A stretch of DNA of 64,000 nt from Saccostrea cucullata (Eukaryota), in assembly GCF_032062105.1 (NCBI RefSeq), contig NW_026931856.1, forward strand, positions 248,001 to 312,000. Reading direction: 5' to 3'. Of this stretch, positions 11,207-24,000 are shown piece after piece. The notes beneath the pieces are model-generated. The model ran no database searches. It worked only from the letters and a program-made list of their open reading frames with translations, and was not told the DNA's origin. Numbering within the stretch: the stretch's first letter is position 1; each line of letters opens with the position of its first letter. The position numbers and the translations under genes were made by a program.

Positions 11207-14200
11207 ATGGCATTGACAGCATTTTGGCATTGTTTAAGAGGGCCTAAATTATATAGACAGCTACGAAACAATGAAGGACAGGTGAATATGAGATCTTTTT
11301 GATATACACGATTTTAATAAACCTCAGATATAGTGTCAATGTACTCTGAGAAGAAAACTGTGTCTAAAATATGATGTGCCTGTACAGTGACTAGTAAAAT
11401 GATCTTATGCCAGTGTAGTATGGAAAGGAAGAATGAGTAAACATACATTGAAAATTCATACATATACAATGAAAACATATGCCTGGACCGGGAATCAAAC
11501 CCGGGACCCCTGCATTACTAGTCAGGTGCTCTAACCACTGAGTTATCCAGGGTGATGTCCTCGGTACAGCCTTAATTCCTACATTCCCCCCTCCTTAAAT
11601 AGTCTTCGCCCCCAAAGACACAAGTTCACCTTGTCAGAACTTAACATTAATTTTATTATTATATTGCCTGAACACAATCTGAACAATGAAGGCCATGGCA
11701 CCATCTGTAGTATGGAAAGGAGGAATGAGTTAAGCATATACATTGCAAAATCAGAGATACATGTATATAATTATTTATATAAATATTAATGAAAATATGT
11801 GGCTGGACCCGAAATCTAACCTGGGACCCCTACATTTATAATCAGGTGCTCTAACCACTGAGCTATCCATGCCGATGTCTTCAGTCAAACCTAAATTCCT
11901 ACCTCAGTTATGGTTAATATGTTGACGGTGCGACCGTTAGAGCGAGCGCAAACTCTTCTATTGTTTTAATTTAGATCGGGCTCGTCAAACCGCACGTGAC
12001 ATTTGGTGCGTCTAGACTCTGACGTCACATGACGTCGTATGTAAGTTACAAATACCAAGAAAAAACTGATCAGTGCTGAAAGTTAATGAAAAAAGTTACG
12101 TTTACAATTTATCTTCAATATGTATCCATTTAATCAAGGCAAGTAAACTTTTTGTTGAACATTTGCCGTCATTCTCGCGAGAAAGCAACTTTGCTAAGTG
12201 ATGCATTGTGGGTCAAAATTACTGCGGCAAAAAATTCTAAAGAATGAATGTGCAGTAGTCCGAATTTTCTCTTCGCCCAGGCGTTGTCGTTAGAGCTCGC
12301 AGTTACGAGCGTCGCTTTGCGACGCTCGCTGCGCTCGCTATTATAGAATTGTTATGCTGCAAATATGTTATGGAAATGCAGCTAACATTTGCAGTCATGT
12401 TTCACGGTAGTCTAGAAGTTCCAAATTTCTCCTGTGGTTTGAAGAACTGGCCTTGGTTAAAACAAAATTTATTTGATTTGAACATATTTTATTGTATACT
12501 GCATACAAAAGAATTGGATACAAGTTCTTCAACTTAACGGAACCTCTCCTTTTATAGCCTGAGTTAACACAACTGTGCCCTTCTCACAGGTCACACCATC
12601 AACATGTGTTGATTTGTTTAAACAAAAAAATCTAAATTCACTGCTTAAATTTCCATTGTAAGGCGGATATATTAGATTACTGAGGCACATGCTCTGCTTC
12701 AAAATAAATTTTTACCTGTTAGTATCATTAATTGTAAAGGATATATTTTATTTCAAATGCACAAGAATAGCCAGAGTAAATGTCTTACATATTTTAAACT
12801 GGACTTCCTCTATTTTGATTTCAGCCCAAGGTATACCAGGCTAACTTTATTGAGGCAACAGGAGACAGATTTATAAGTGTTGTAAGTGTATTACTGCAAT
12901 AATTTTTGTCCATCTAAGAGTTCTAAGTTTTTCATGTGTTAAAGACTTGCATACTCATTATACTTCAATTTTTTTTAAATGGATAAACTCCTTGATACAT
13001 TTATTTTATAGATTCGATTTTGTATGTCTTTTACATACTGGACAAGTCCCTTTGTACTTGGTGTGCTATACCGACGGGGCTATTTCTCAACAGAGGGTCT
13101 TGTCAGCATTGGAAAGTTTATGTTCTCAATAGGTGTTATCTACACTGTGGCGTATATTACTAGAGGTGAATATAACTATTTATACCAAGTCTACACATTT
13201 CCATGAATCAGTTGTCAGAATGGTATGTTAACATACTTATGAAAAAGGACTTAAATAGTAATAAATATTTGTAGGTGTTGGTCGCTTTAACAATGCAGAT
13301 TACATAACATTCCTCAGTATACTAACAGCTACACAGAGGTCCCTAACTCAACAGAATAAGGTAGATATGTGGAAAATTGAAGAGATTCCCCAATCTCTAT
13401 TTTTTTTTCTTAGTATTTATGATTAATATTATGAATAAAAACAGAATTCTAATGCTGTTACTGGATCTCTTTCTATAGAGGATGTTAGCTAGATATGACT
13501 TTGAGTTTTGGGCGTGGCCAGTGGATTGGTATATGGGAGAAAATGGGTAAGTTGCTCATGATTTAGTTAAAAAAGTTGTTTCAATGTGTCGCAAGGTCTC
13601 TTTGTAAAAGATGAAAAAATCTTTTATACATGAGTAAAGTATCTTTTCTTTTGTTAACATTTTTTTCAAAATATTATTTTCTTCAAAGGGAAGTGAAGAA
13701 AATCCACCAGCAGATTCCAAGATCTAAACAAGTAGAATTTTCACTAATCAATCTTCCACTGAAGATTTTAAGGTATCTTTTCATTTAATTCTATAACCAT
13801 AACTCTTCACCTCTATGCCAAAAAGAAATTTAGTATAAAGAACTACATGTAGATAAATCAAAAAGATGTTCAAAGATGAGTACTAGACTTTTTTTGTGCC
13901 TTTTAATCTTAAATGAGATTTTTTTGTAGAAGATCATAATCTGCACATTGATATTGAACATTTATACTGCATGTACTTTGGTATTAGCCCTTGATGGTAC
14001 ATTGACTGTTCATGGCAGTTAACTACATCAAAACTTATGTAATCTCAATAAAATCAAATTCAGTAAATTCATTTGTGTAAAATATTGTCTAATTCTGAAA
14101 TTTGCCTAATTCAAATTGTTATCATTTGAACCAGTGCTGTGCAGGTTAGACAAGTTTTACTGTATATCTTGCTGTACATAATGTAAATATTGTCTTTCTT

Positions 14201-17200
14201 CTCCTTTACAGTTATGCTGCTGTACACACTTTTGGGAGGAGGATGCTTTACCCAGGGGCTACAGCCCTCATTAATTCATTAGTTGGTAAGAATAATGTAA
14301 ATGCATTAATTTGTGTAAAAATGCAATTAAACTGCAGCATTTTGAAAATTCATATCTAGAAAACCATGTATATGGATACCGTCTAAACCACTTTTTCTTA
14401 TTGTACATTTTCTATTTTCATAGGTCCTGTGTTGAGTCAAAACAGAGCATCCTTAATAGAAGAGGTGAAACTATGTGTCTCTTGTATCTCAGCTACTGGT
14501 AAGCTTTACATCATTGCTCTGTTTTTTGTATTTGTTGATTTCCATTTCTTGCAGAAAAAGGGACAAAGAGCCAAACTTTTGACAGCAGATGGGAATAAAA
14601 TAGATACTATGTTTGTGGACCGGAGACACACTGGAAATCAAAATGGAAAGACTCTGGTCAGTGGATTTTGCTAAATTTTAGACAAAAAAAACAACAAACA
14701 AACAAACACAAATTTGGGTTTATAGATAGTGCCAGGATAAAAATACAATCTTTTAAAGGTAGATTCCGCCCTGTCCCAATAAGCAAATATACTTCATACT
14801 ATAATGATATGGTAATGAAAAGATATTGAACAAATGTACATCATATAGTATTGCTGGCAGTCAATTCTTGCTATTCATTTTAAAATGTCATGTAATATTA
14901 TTGATAAGGTCTTACTTTCCATCCTGTGATTATTATGTTTAGATTGTATACTGTGTTTAATTACTTATTGTAGATTGTATGCTGTGAAGGTAATGCTGGT
15001 TTCTATGAGATTGGTTGTACAGTTACCCCGTTAGATGGAGGCTACTCTGTGTTAGGATGGAATCATCCAGGATTCTCAGGGAGCACGGTATGAACCATCT
15101 CCGGTGTTCACAGTATCAACCACCTGTAATTGTAGATTTATTTCATAAAATTTTTGATTTATATTCCCACATCAACATTATCTTTCAGATTTATTTCTAT
15201 TTTTGCAAGAGAGACCACACATCTTGAATTTAAATTACAGTAATGTTGTAGGGGTGTCCTTAATGTGATCTCAAGTTTACCATATGTTTTTTTTTTTTTC
15301 AGGGAATTCCAATGCCTTCTCAGGAACAAAATGCTGTAGATGCTGTGATGCAATATGCTATTAATAGATTGGGATTCACTCCTGACAATATAGCAGTGTT
15401 TGCCTGGTCCATTGGGGGATACACTGCATCATGGGTAGCAATGAATTACCCAGATTTAAAGTACACTGTAAGTACAGCATAGTAGATGTTTAAGTAGAGT
15501 ATAAAAATAAAATGTAATGACCATTAGTGGATACAGGTGTGGTAGTGAAATAACGGTACTTCATATGCACATTGTACTTCCTTACAGGTAATAGACGCCA
15601 CTTTTGATGACGTCGTTCCATTAGCTCAGGCCAGGATGCCAGAATATTTTGGTATTTCAGTTCTTCGTTAGTCAGTTTAATCAGTTATAGATATAGTGTT
15701 TAATACTATGGGGTTTAAGTCAGTGATTGAACCAATTGCATGTAACAGAGAGAATATTGTAGAGAGTTTTGTATTTGTGCAAGACTTTTTAAAGATAAAG
15801 TTAATCTCCTGTAGACTGTATCAGGATATTGTCCATTCTAGCCATACTTATTTACTTGTTTTTTCAGAGAACTTTGTAGAATTTACAGTTAGATCATATC
15901 TAGATTTAGACATAGCAGCTCAGTTAATAAGGTTTGTAATGTTTCTTTTCTGATGTTTTCTATTAATTTTTCATAGGTAATTTCACTTAAAAATTCAAAG
16001 TGAATTAGTTAAAACTGCATTGATTAAGATGAGAAAAGGAAAATCCAAAATAGGTTGATTTATGGAATACTATTGATTTTTCTGATATTTAAGAAAACTT
16101 GCTGATGTATACACAATATATTCTCTGTAATGGTTATATTATTTTCTTCATATTTTATAGATATTCTGGTCCAATACTTTTAATAAGAAGAACACGAGAT
16201 GAGATGATTACAACAAAGTGAGCATAATTCAGTATTTTTTATCCATTTACGAAATACACATAGACTAAGTACATGAGGTTTCTTTTTATTTGGTGAAATG
16301 TGTTAGCCAATGTCAGGATCACATATGTTTTTAAATATTAACCATTCTTTTTATGCCATCTTTATAGGTCAGATCCCACTGGAGTCAAACTCTATTCAAA
16401 CAGGGGGAATTATCTTCTCATAAAATTGTTACAATTTAGGTAAAAACAGTTCATACTGATTGTTAATCAAAACTGTGCTCATTTAAAAAAATGATGATTT
16501 ATCTTCCTCGCCTTTTACCTGCTGATTTGATTTATTGATTGATTTTAGATATCCACATATTGTTGATGATAGTACACTAGCCCTTTTAGCTGATTGGTTA
16601 GCAAGGCTGAAACCTCAGCAAGGTATGTAGTCTTCCTTCAGAAAATCTGTAAACGTTTACAGCATTGGAGTTTGTTGCTATTCAGTCCTATGCCTGATCT
16701 TGTACTGCTAAAGCACACCTTTATATTTTTTATTTCCTCTTTGGTATGCAATTTAAGTTTGGGATTGGACCTGTTACAGTATAGTGTGATTATTGATAGC
16801 AGGCTGGAATCTTAGCCTTTTATATAAAGGTTGCTTTTTATTCAAACATTTTTACTCACCTTTAAATCTGAAAATGTATAAACAACATGAACTCTGATGG
16901 GTTTTGCAATTTAGAATTGAATTAAATTTTTGAAATTTCAGAGGACCTGTGGCAAATACATGAAGTTGATGAAGATGAGTGTTTAGCCAAAATTAGATCC
17001 TATATACAGAGTGAATCTGATACATTTCCATGTAATATAGGTAATGTGTAATATTCTGTAAATATCATGGTGAATTCTTAACATTGTGTAGCTGCAATGA
17101 TGTAAAGCCCTTCCTGATTTTTTTAATCCAAATTTTATGGGGAATTAAATTTTGGTCAGGGGATATAGAGCTGAAAAAAGGGGAAAAAAATTGAGAGAAG

Positions 17201-20200
17201 CATTCAGTCTTTACTTGACAATACTGATATTTAAAAGCAAATTCATAGCATACCATACATTTTACATCCTGCATTTATATTTTAAGTGTATCTTTAAACC
17301 ACAATTTGAAAATATGAAGGCTATGTTTAGATATTGTCATTTTAGATAGTTAGGTTAAGAAAGACAATTCTAATGTGCTCTAAATCAAAATCAGGATACA
17401 ACATTTAATTCTAATGTGCTCTAAATCAGGATAATACTTATGTGCTCTAAATCAGGATAATTCTTATGTGCTCTAAATCAGGATAATACTTATGTGCTCT
17501 AAATCAGGATAATACTTATGTGCTCTAAATCAGGATAATACTTATGTGCTCTAAATCAGGATAATTCTAATGTGCTCTAAATCGGGATAATTCTTATATG
17601 CTCTAAATCGGGATAATTCTAAAACAATAGATGCTGGGGTACCCCAGGGGTCTGTACTGGGTCCCTTCTTGTTTTTGTTATATATAAATGATATAGCTAA
17701 AGATATATCTTGTAATATTCGACTGTTTGCTGATGATGCCTCTTTGTTTGCTATTATAGACAATGATATCAATGCTCCAACAATGTGTGTTACTCAAGAT
17801 CTTGAAAAGATAAGAAATTGGTCCAAAGCTTGGGCCGTAGATTTTAATAGTGAAAAAACGGTTAATGTTGATTTTACTAGAAAACACGTAAGTTATCGTA
17901 ATATTCAGTTTGGATATGGAGGTGATTATATAAAACAATAAAATACTCATGTTCATTTAGGATTACAATTTCAAGCAGATGGTTCTTGGAACAATCACAT
18001 ATTGAATATATATGAAAAGGCATGTAAAAGATTAAATATAATTAGATTACTGAAACATAGCATTGATAGAAATTCACTAATAAAAATTTATTTTGCCTTT
18101 ATAAGACCAATTTTAGAATATGCTGATGTTGTATGGGATAATTGTACCCAAAGTAGTTCAGAATTGCTTGAAAAAGTTCAGATAGAAGCTGCCAGAATTA
18201 TTACTGGGCTTAGAGTTAATTCAACCAGAACTTGTTTGTATGGTGAACTAGGATGGGAACCATTATATCTTAGAAGAGAAAAACACAAACTTCAATTGAT
18301 GTATAAAATGATTAATGGTTCTGCACCTGATTATTTGTATGATTTGATTCAACCTTGTTTTCCTGTTCAACATGCTTACAACCTAAGGTCTGGATGTAAT
18401 AACTTATGTATACCAGTTTGTAAAACAATGTCATACTATAATAGTTTTATTCCATCAACCGTAAAACTTTGGAACAGTCTTAGTGAAGATGTAAAAAACT
18501 CTCCTTCATTAGCTATCTTTAAAGCAAAACTTAAGAATTGGGGAGCAACTAATAAACCTTGTAGGTACTTTAACTTTGGTAATAGAAAAGAAAATATCTT
18601 GCATTGTCAGTTGCGAAACAATGCTAGTAATCTAAATGCACATTTAAAAAATCATTTTTTATCAGATATTCAATCATGTCAAAAGTGTGGATTTCATACT
18701 GAAGATACTGAACATTATTTTATCAACTGCCCATCATATAATGTTGAAAGAAACATATTGGTAAAAAAATTAAATGATATTGATGTTGTTTTTGAACTCA
18801 ACGCTCTACTAAGAGGAAAATCTCAATATTCTTATCAAACTAATTGTAAAATATTTTCATATGTACAAGAATTTATTAAATCTTCTAAAAGACTAAATTT
18901 AATAGGGACACTGTTATATTAAATATTCTATTAAATGCATAATTTTTTTTTTCAAATATTTGTATTATTTTTAAGCTGGAACGGTATGTAAATAATATGC
19001 ATACAGTTAGGGGGTTGTCATTTTTTTGGAGATATAATATTGATAAATAATACTTGATTGTAAATCTTTATTTTTCATTATAATTTTATTGATTATCATG
19101 TTCATGTATTATTTACTACTAATTTGTATCTTGACCAATTATAAAAGGAGAGGGTTTACATAGGCATTGCCTGTTGCCCAATCCTGATTGAATTATACTC
19201 AATAAAATATGTTTAAAGTATAATTCTAATATGCTCTAAATCAGGATAATTCTAATGTGCTCTAAATCAGGATAATTCTTATGTGCTCTGAATCAGGAAA
19301 ATTCTTACGAGCTCTAAATCAGGATAATTCTAATGTGCTCTAAATCAGGATAATTCTAATGTGCTCTAAATCAGGATAATACTTATGTGCTCTAAATCAG
19401 GATAATACTTATGTGCTCTAAATCAGGAAAATTCAGGATAATTCTAATGTGCTCTAAATCAGGATAATTCTAATGTGCTCTAAATCAGGATAATACTTAT
19501 GTGCTCTAAATCAGGATAATACTTATGTGCTCTAAATCAGGATAATTCTAATGTGCTCTAAATCAGGATAATTCTTATGTGCTCTAAATCAGGATAATTC
19601 TAATGTGCTCTAAATCAGGATAATTCTTATGTGGTCTAAATCAGGATAATACTTATGTTCTCTAAATCAGGATAATACTTATGTGCTCTATAAAATCGGG
19701 ATAATTCTTATGTGCTCTAAATCGGGATAATTCTTATGTGCTCTAAATCGGGATAATTCTAATGTGCTCTAAATCAGGATAATTCTAATGTGCTCTAAAT
19801 CAGGATAATTCTAATGTGCTCTAAATCAGGATAATTCTTATGTGCTCTAAATCAGGATAATACTTATGTGCTATAAATCAGGATAATACTTGTGTGCTAT
19901 AAATCAGGATAATACTTATGTGCTCTAAATCAGGATAATTCTTATGTGCTCTAAATCAGGATAATTCTAATGTGCTCTAAATCAGGATAATTCTAACTTC
20001 AGGGGAAGAATATAGTGTAGAAGATAAGAAGAAAATGGTTCTTTACTTAGTAAGTAAATATTTTATTCTTTATCTCATTATTTAAATATTTTTAAAGGTA
20101 CTACTTTATAGTGTTTAACGTTTTTATGGTACACCTTGGTAAATAAATGTTTTTTATGGCATATAGTAGTACTGGTAAGTAACTATTTTTATAATTTATC

Positions 20201-20565
20201 ATTGCAAGTAAATATATGTTGTATATGATAAGTAACATCAAAACACCTACCGATTTCTTGTTTTATTTGAAATTCCACATTATGAAAGAACACAGCCAGC
20301 CATATGCATTTATAGATATACACTGTACATATGGTATAGACTGGATTTTTTGGTGGCAAATATTTCTTTGATCTATTATTACTATAGCTTTGAAAGCATC
20401 ATTTGACACTGTCTTAGTATTGTGGTAATTTCCTTTCAATACATACATTTATAGGCTTCCCGTTACATGATAGACTTTGATTCGACACACTGTAACCCGC
20501 TACCTGCATCACTTTTCAAAAAGCCATGGTCTCCAGACAGTGAAGATCAACCAAAATTTTTGTGA
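11207..20565 (+). CDS. ABHD16A: Phosphatidylserine lipase ABHD16A (BAT5), alpha/beta hydrolase, 535 aa, 19 coding exons
   Basis: Exons: 11207-11281, 12825-12881, 13012-13165, 13275-13360, 13479-13546, 13689-13772, 14212-14285, 14424-14464, 14555-14656, 14974-15087, 15303-15467, 15588-15651, 15868-15931, 16161-16217, 16368-16439, 16549-16622, 16942-17040, 20003-20049, 20455-20565. All introns are GT-AG and phase-compatible. Motifs: CLRGPKLY, YDFEFWAWPVDW, CCEGNAGFYEIG, GWNHPGFSGSTG, nucleophile WSIGG, RRTRDEMI, catalytic His in STHCNPLP. Confidence 0.96.
11414..11903 (-). mobile_element. Miniature LTR retrotransposon (TRIM) with tRNA-Thr-like sequence in both LTRs (Helenus-type)
   Basis: Direct repeats at 11414-11583 and 11706-11903 start tgtagtat and end cctaca/cctacc. 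On minus, PBS TGGTGCCATGGCC (11703-11691) lies 2 nt after the 5' LTR and PPT AAGGAGGGGGGAA (11596-11584) abuts the 3' LTR. Flanks are ccag/tcag (4-bp TSD, one mismatch). tRNA-like cores are near 11480-11552 and 11800-11873. Confidence 0.88.
11915..12345 (-). mobile_element. Short HINE-like or MITE element in ABHD16A intron 1
   Basis: Subterminal inverted repeats agcgagcgca / tgcgctcgct, with hairpins gacggtgcgaccgtt at one end and gagcgtcgctttgcgacgctc at the other. Confidence 0.55.
17365..19996. repeat. 26-bp minisatellite (ctctaaatcaggataa(t/a)tct(a/t)atgtg), about 39 copies, split by a CR1/L2 insertion
   Basis: About 9 copies at 17365-17621 and about 30 at 19220-19996. The array ends 6 nt before the ABHD16A exon starting at 20003. 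Confidence 0.95.
17622..19217 (+). mobile_element. 5'-truncated CR1/L2-group non-LTR retrotransposon (3' part of the RT ORF plus 3' UTR)
   Basis: Motifs AGVPQGSVLGPFLFLLYIND, RLFADD, RPILEYADVVW, SFIPSTVKLWNSL and a C-terminal CQKC...EDTEHYFINC. ORFs 17669-17941 and 18002-18922 are in the same frame, separated by one TAA. The tail is aataaaatatgtttaaa. Confidence 0.93.
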
Positions 20566-21026
20566 CTAGAACTTTGTACCTCAGTGATTGCTCAAACCAT
20601 GGACCGATGCTAGTGACCTTGAACTCTCATGGATTAGTGACATTGAAATATCATGAACTGATGCTACTGACCTTGAACTCTCATGATGTTAGTGATCTTG
20701 AACTATTTATGTCAAATTTATTCACAAACTGACCTTTTTTGCTGAGCAACAAATTATTTGTCATTTTATACAACTTTTAATTTAATTAAATAGAATCACT
20801 TTTCTAAATTCTTTCTTTTTTAATATTCAACCTGAAATATATAAGGGTACAGATGATAAAAAGTAAAAGAAAACAAGATGAAGAAATCATAAATTTAATA
20901 TCACAACAGTAAGAAAATATACACAAAATGTTGTTACCAAAAAAGTTTAGTAATAAAAATATCACAGTCTGTTCAACAAAAGTACAGAAAGAAATACAGT
21001 AATAAACTGTAGAAGTAAACAATGGA

Positions 21027-24000
21027 TTATCCCCAGTCAGGATGGATGACAAAATGGCGTGGGATGACGGCATGAGGTCGGATATAGTGAGAACTCCAGT
21101 TCTCCACGGGGTCATCATTTCTGTACTCGGGGAGATGGTGCCAGGTGGTGTGCATCCATCGTTCCTTACGTGTGCCAGGGGACAGCAAACGGAGGTGGTT
21201 GAAGCGGGATTGTTTCTGGCCCAGGGTCCGTCCTTTTATGTTAAATCTACTGGTGTCAGTATATAGACCATTTCCTTTTCCACTGAAATAATGATTAGAC
21301 AGAACTATTAAAAAGCATGATTGAAGAGAGAAAACAGTAATAAATGTTTGCAATATTAAAATCTCAAGGTTTTATTTTTGTTTTACCTTCACCCAAGAAG
21401 TAAATCATTTTGTGTGCAAAACAAAAGACAAAGAAAATACAGGACTGTGATGGAATATATATATAAAAGGTAACAAGGAGAAATGTGGAGGCATATATTT
21501 ACAATGGCTGATGGTCCACATAAGAAAAGACAAAATAAAGCAAGTGTTCATAATATCAACAAAGGAAAGGGACGGTAATTTGACAAAGCTTGGCTAGAGA
21601 ACAGAGGTCTAGAACTACAAAGGATATGACCAATCAAATACCGTAACAAAAGTGGAATAGTTCCCTCCTCACTGTAAAGAAATTCCTTGCTTTTATGAGT
21701 TTCATTCAATGTGCACACAAATTATCTTGATAATAAAACACTGCAGTATTGATTTTCCAATTCGTGATCTTGACTTTAAGTACAGTTTTAAATTTGTGTC
21801 CAGGTATTGAAATTTATAATATGACATTGTGTTATTTATGGGGCTTACTTCTCTAAAGCATTGATAACTTGCTCCAGTCGCTTTTTCTGATCATTGATGC
21901 CCTTCCCCATCAACTTCTCACCAGCCAGAGAGTTAAAGAATCTAAGAGCTACTTGTCTCTCTGAAAAAAAGCAGAGTATATAAAATTAAAAGAAAATTGA
22001 AATAAACAAGTTTCTCTTGCATACCGGTATTAAAAACCTTTAAAACCTGCCGACTGAAAGAAATTCGACAAATGAATACACTGAGCTCACCTGCTTCACT
22101 GGCACCAAAGAGCCATTTATCGACCACCTCTTTGGCGTCAGGTTGTAAACTTTTATTTAGAGTTCCTCCTAATTTTTGTCTTTTATCTGCCATTCGTAAA
22201 ACCTTTTCAATGACTTTTCTATCCGCATTTGGCGCCAGTTTCATCCACTGCTCTGCTTTATCTAGAACATGGGGCTGAAGAGAGTGTCTGAATTCCTGAA
22301 AATATACCAAGTATTTGTGAAAAATATACAAGTAGGTTTTCTTTTCTTAAGGACTTTTCTCCCATTGTTTTTGTCCTGCTCTTCTTAAGTTCACATTTTA
22401 AAATTTACAGTTACCTCGCGTAATGTGAATTCCTCCTGCGCTGATGCACCGCCGAGATTGGTCATGCTTCGGGCCACCATTGGCACCCGGTGATGCATGT
22501 CGGTCTTGCTTCTCATCATTGGACTAGATCTTGTGACGTCACCGAGTTTAGTGGGCGATTTCACCCCACCACTTGGATCCTTTCTAGGACTACATGATCT
22601 TAATCTAAGTTCAGGAACTAAAAAATAATTATTATTATGCATAAAAAATAGATCTCCAAGGAGACGACAATTTATTAGTAAAATTATTTTTTGAACAATT
22701 TGAATTTCGAATTAAATCTACTCACGCGAATTTTGTCGATTGATTTTCTGTGGTCCTTGTAAACTGGTCAGAGTTCGTTTAATGGGGGACGGAGCTTTAG
22801 GTGTCGGGGAGATGGTGAGAGCCTGGACCTCCTCTTCAACTGTTTCCAACCCGCCTACTACTGAAACAGAACCTCTCTAAACTTTTCTTGTCAAATAATT
22901 CTGCAGACTTTAGGGTTTACTTATAGTTCACTATCTATCATACCTGGTTCCTCAGTCTTGAGATGAAGAGGTGGATCATAGTGTTCGACTTTATCGTCCA
23001 TTGACGTGAAACGGGAAGGCATCTGCCAGTTGTTGAATGTCTGAAAGATAATAAATTAATTTTCTTAAGATACTGCTATTTTCAAATGGGGAATATATAT
23101 ATTATGTAGGGGGATGTATACTATTTTTAAGGCAGCAGCAGTTCTGTGGTTGAGATGGAGGACGTTTTTTTTTCCGGAGAGCTACAGTTCTACAACTGTC
23201 TTTAGAATTCTCCTTCATCAACAAAATAATCTGAAGCACATATATTTTCATTGAATAACCTTTTTAAAACTTATTTAACTTTTTTTGTTTGTAACATTTT
23301 GTGTTGCTTGAGTTCATACATAACTGCTTCAAGGTAAACTGTGAAAATTTCAAACTTTTACTGTTGTAAAGTACAGGTGATTCCAAAAATCGATTTTAAA
23401 GTTGCCCAGGTATAGGAAACTCAGCGTGAAATTATCACAATCATCAGTTTCATGAAAACAAAAATCCTCTCCAAATATAGGGCCTTTCATTTAAAGCTTA
23501 AAATAAAGGACAGCATTTATAAATCGGTATTAAATCTACCATATATACAACACAGCTGGGTGCTATATAGATTTGTTTGACGTAAAATTAGGAGTTGATT
23601 GAAATTCTTTTCCCGAATTAAAATGTACAGAATAGAGTTGTGGTTGATTGGTATTCAAAAAGTTTAGAAATCTAAAATATACTGCTTCTCTTGAAAACTG
23701 AATATCAAAAAAATACAAAATCAGAATTTCAAACCTCCAAACATCAGAGAAACAAAAATTAATCTGGTCATACTTGTCATGATCGGCGAATAACATCAGT
23801 GTGTAATCTTGCATTTGACTAATTGACATTTACTTATATGTATGTTGAAATGTGATTTTATAACAACTTGTTTGTAATTTCTCGTTTTAGATCAAAATGA
23901 AATTTGTCATAAACAAATTTATAAAGAACAAAACAAAAATTTTTAAAAATGAAGCATTGTTATTCTTATTTAATACATACGAACATATATAGGCATTTCG

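Noticed and set aside
11480-11873. Two tRNA-Thr genes or two tRNA-SINEs
   Set aside because: The stems are defective and both copies lie inside LTRs bracketing a PBS and PPT, so a TRIM explains them better.
20600-20705. Short degenerate repeats (gatgctagtgaccttgaactctcatg) in the ABHD16A 3' UTR
   Set aside because: Only about three diverged copies with no evident structure or function.
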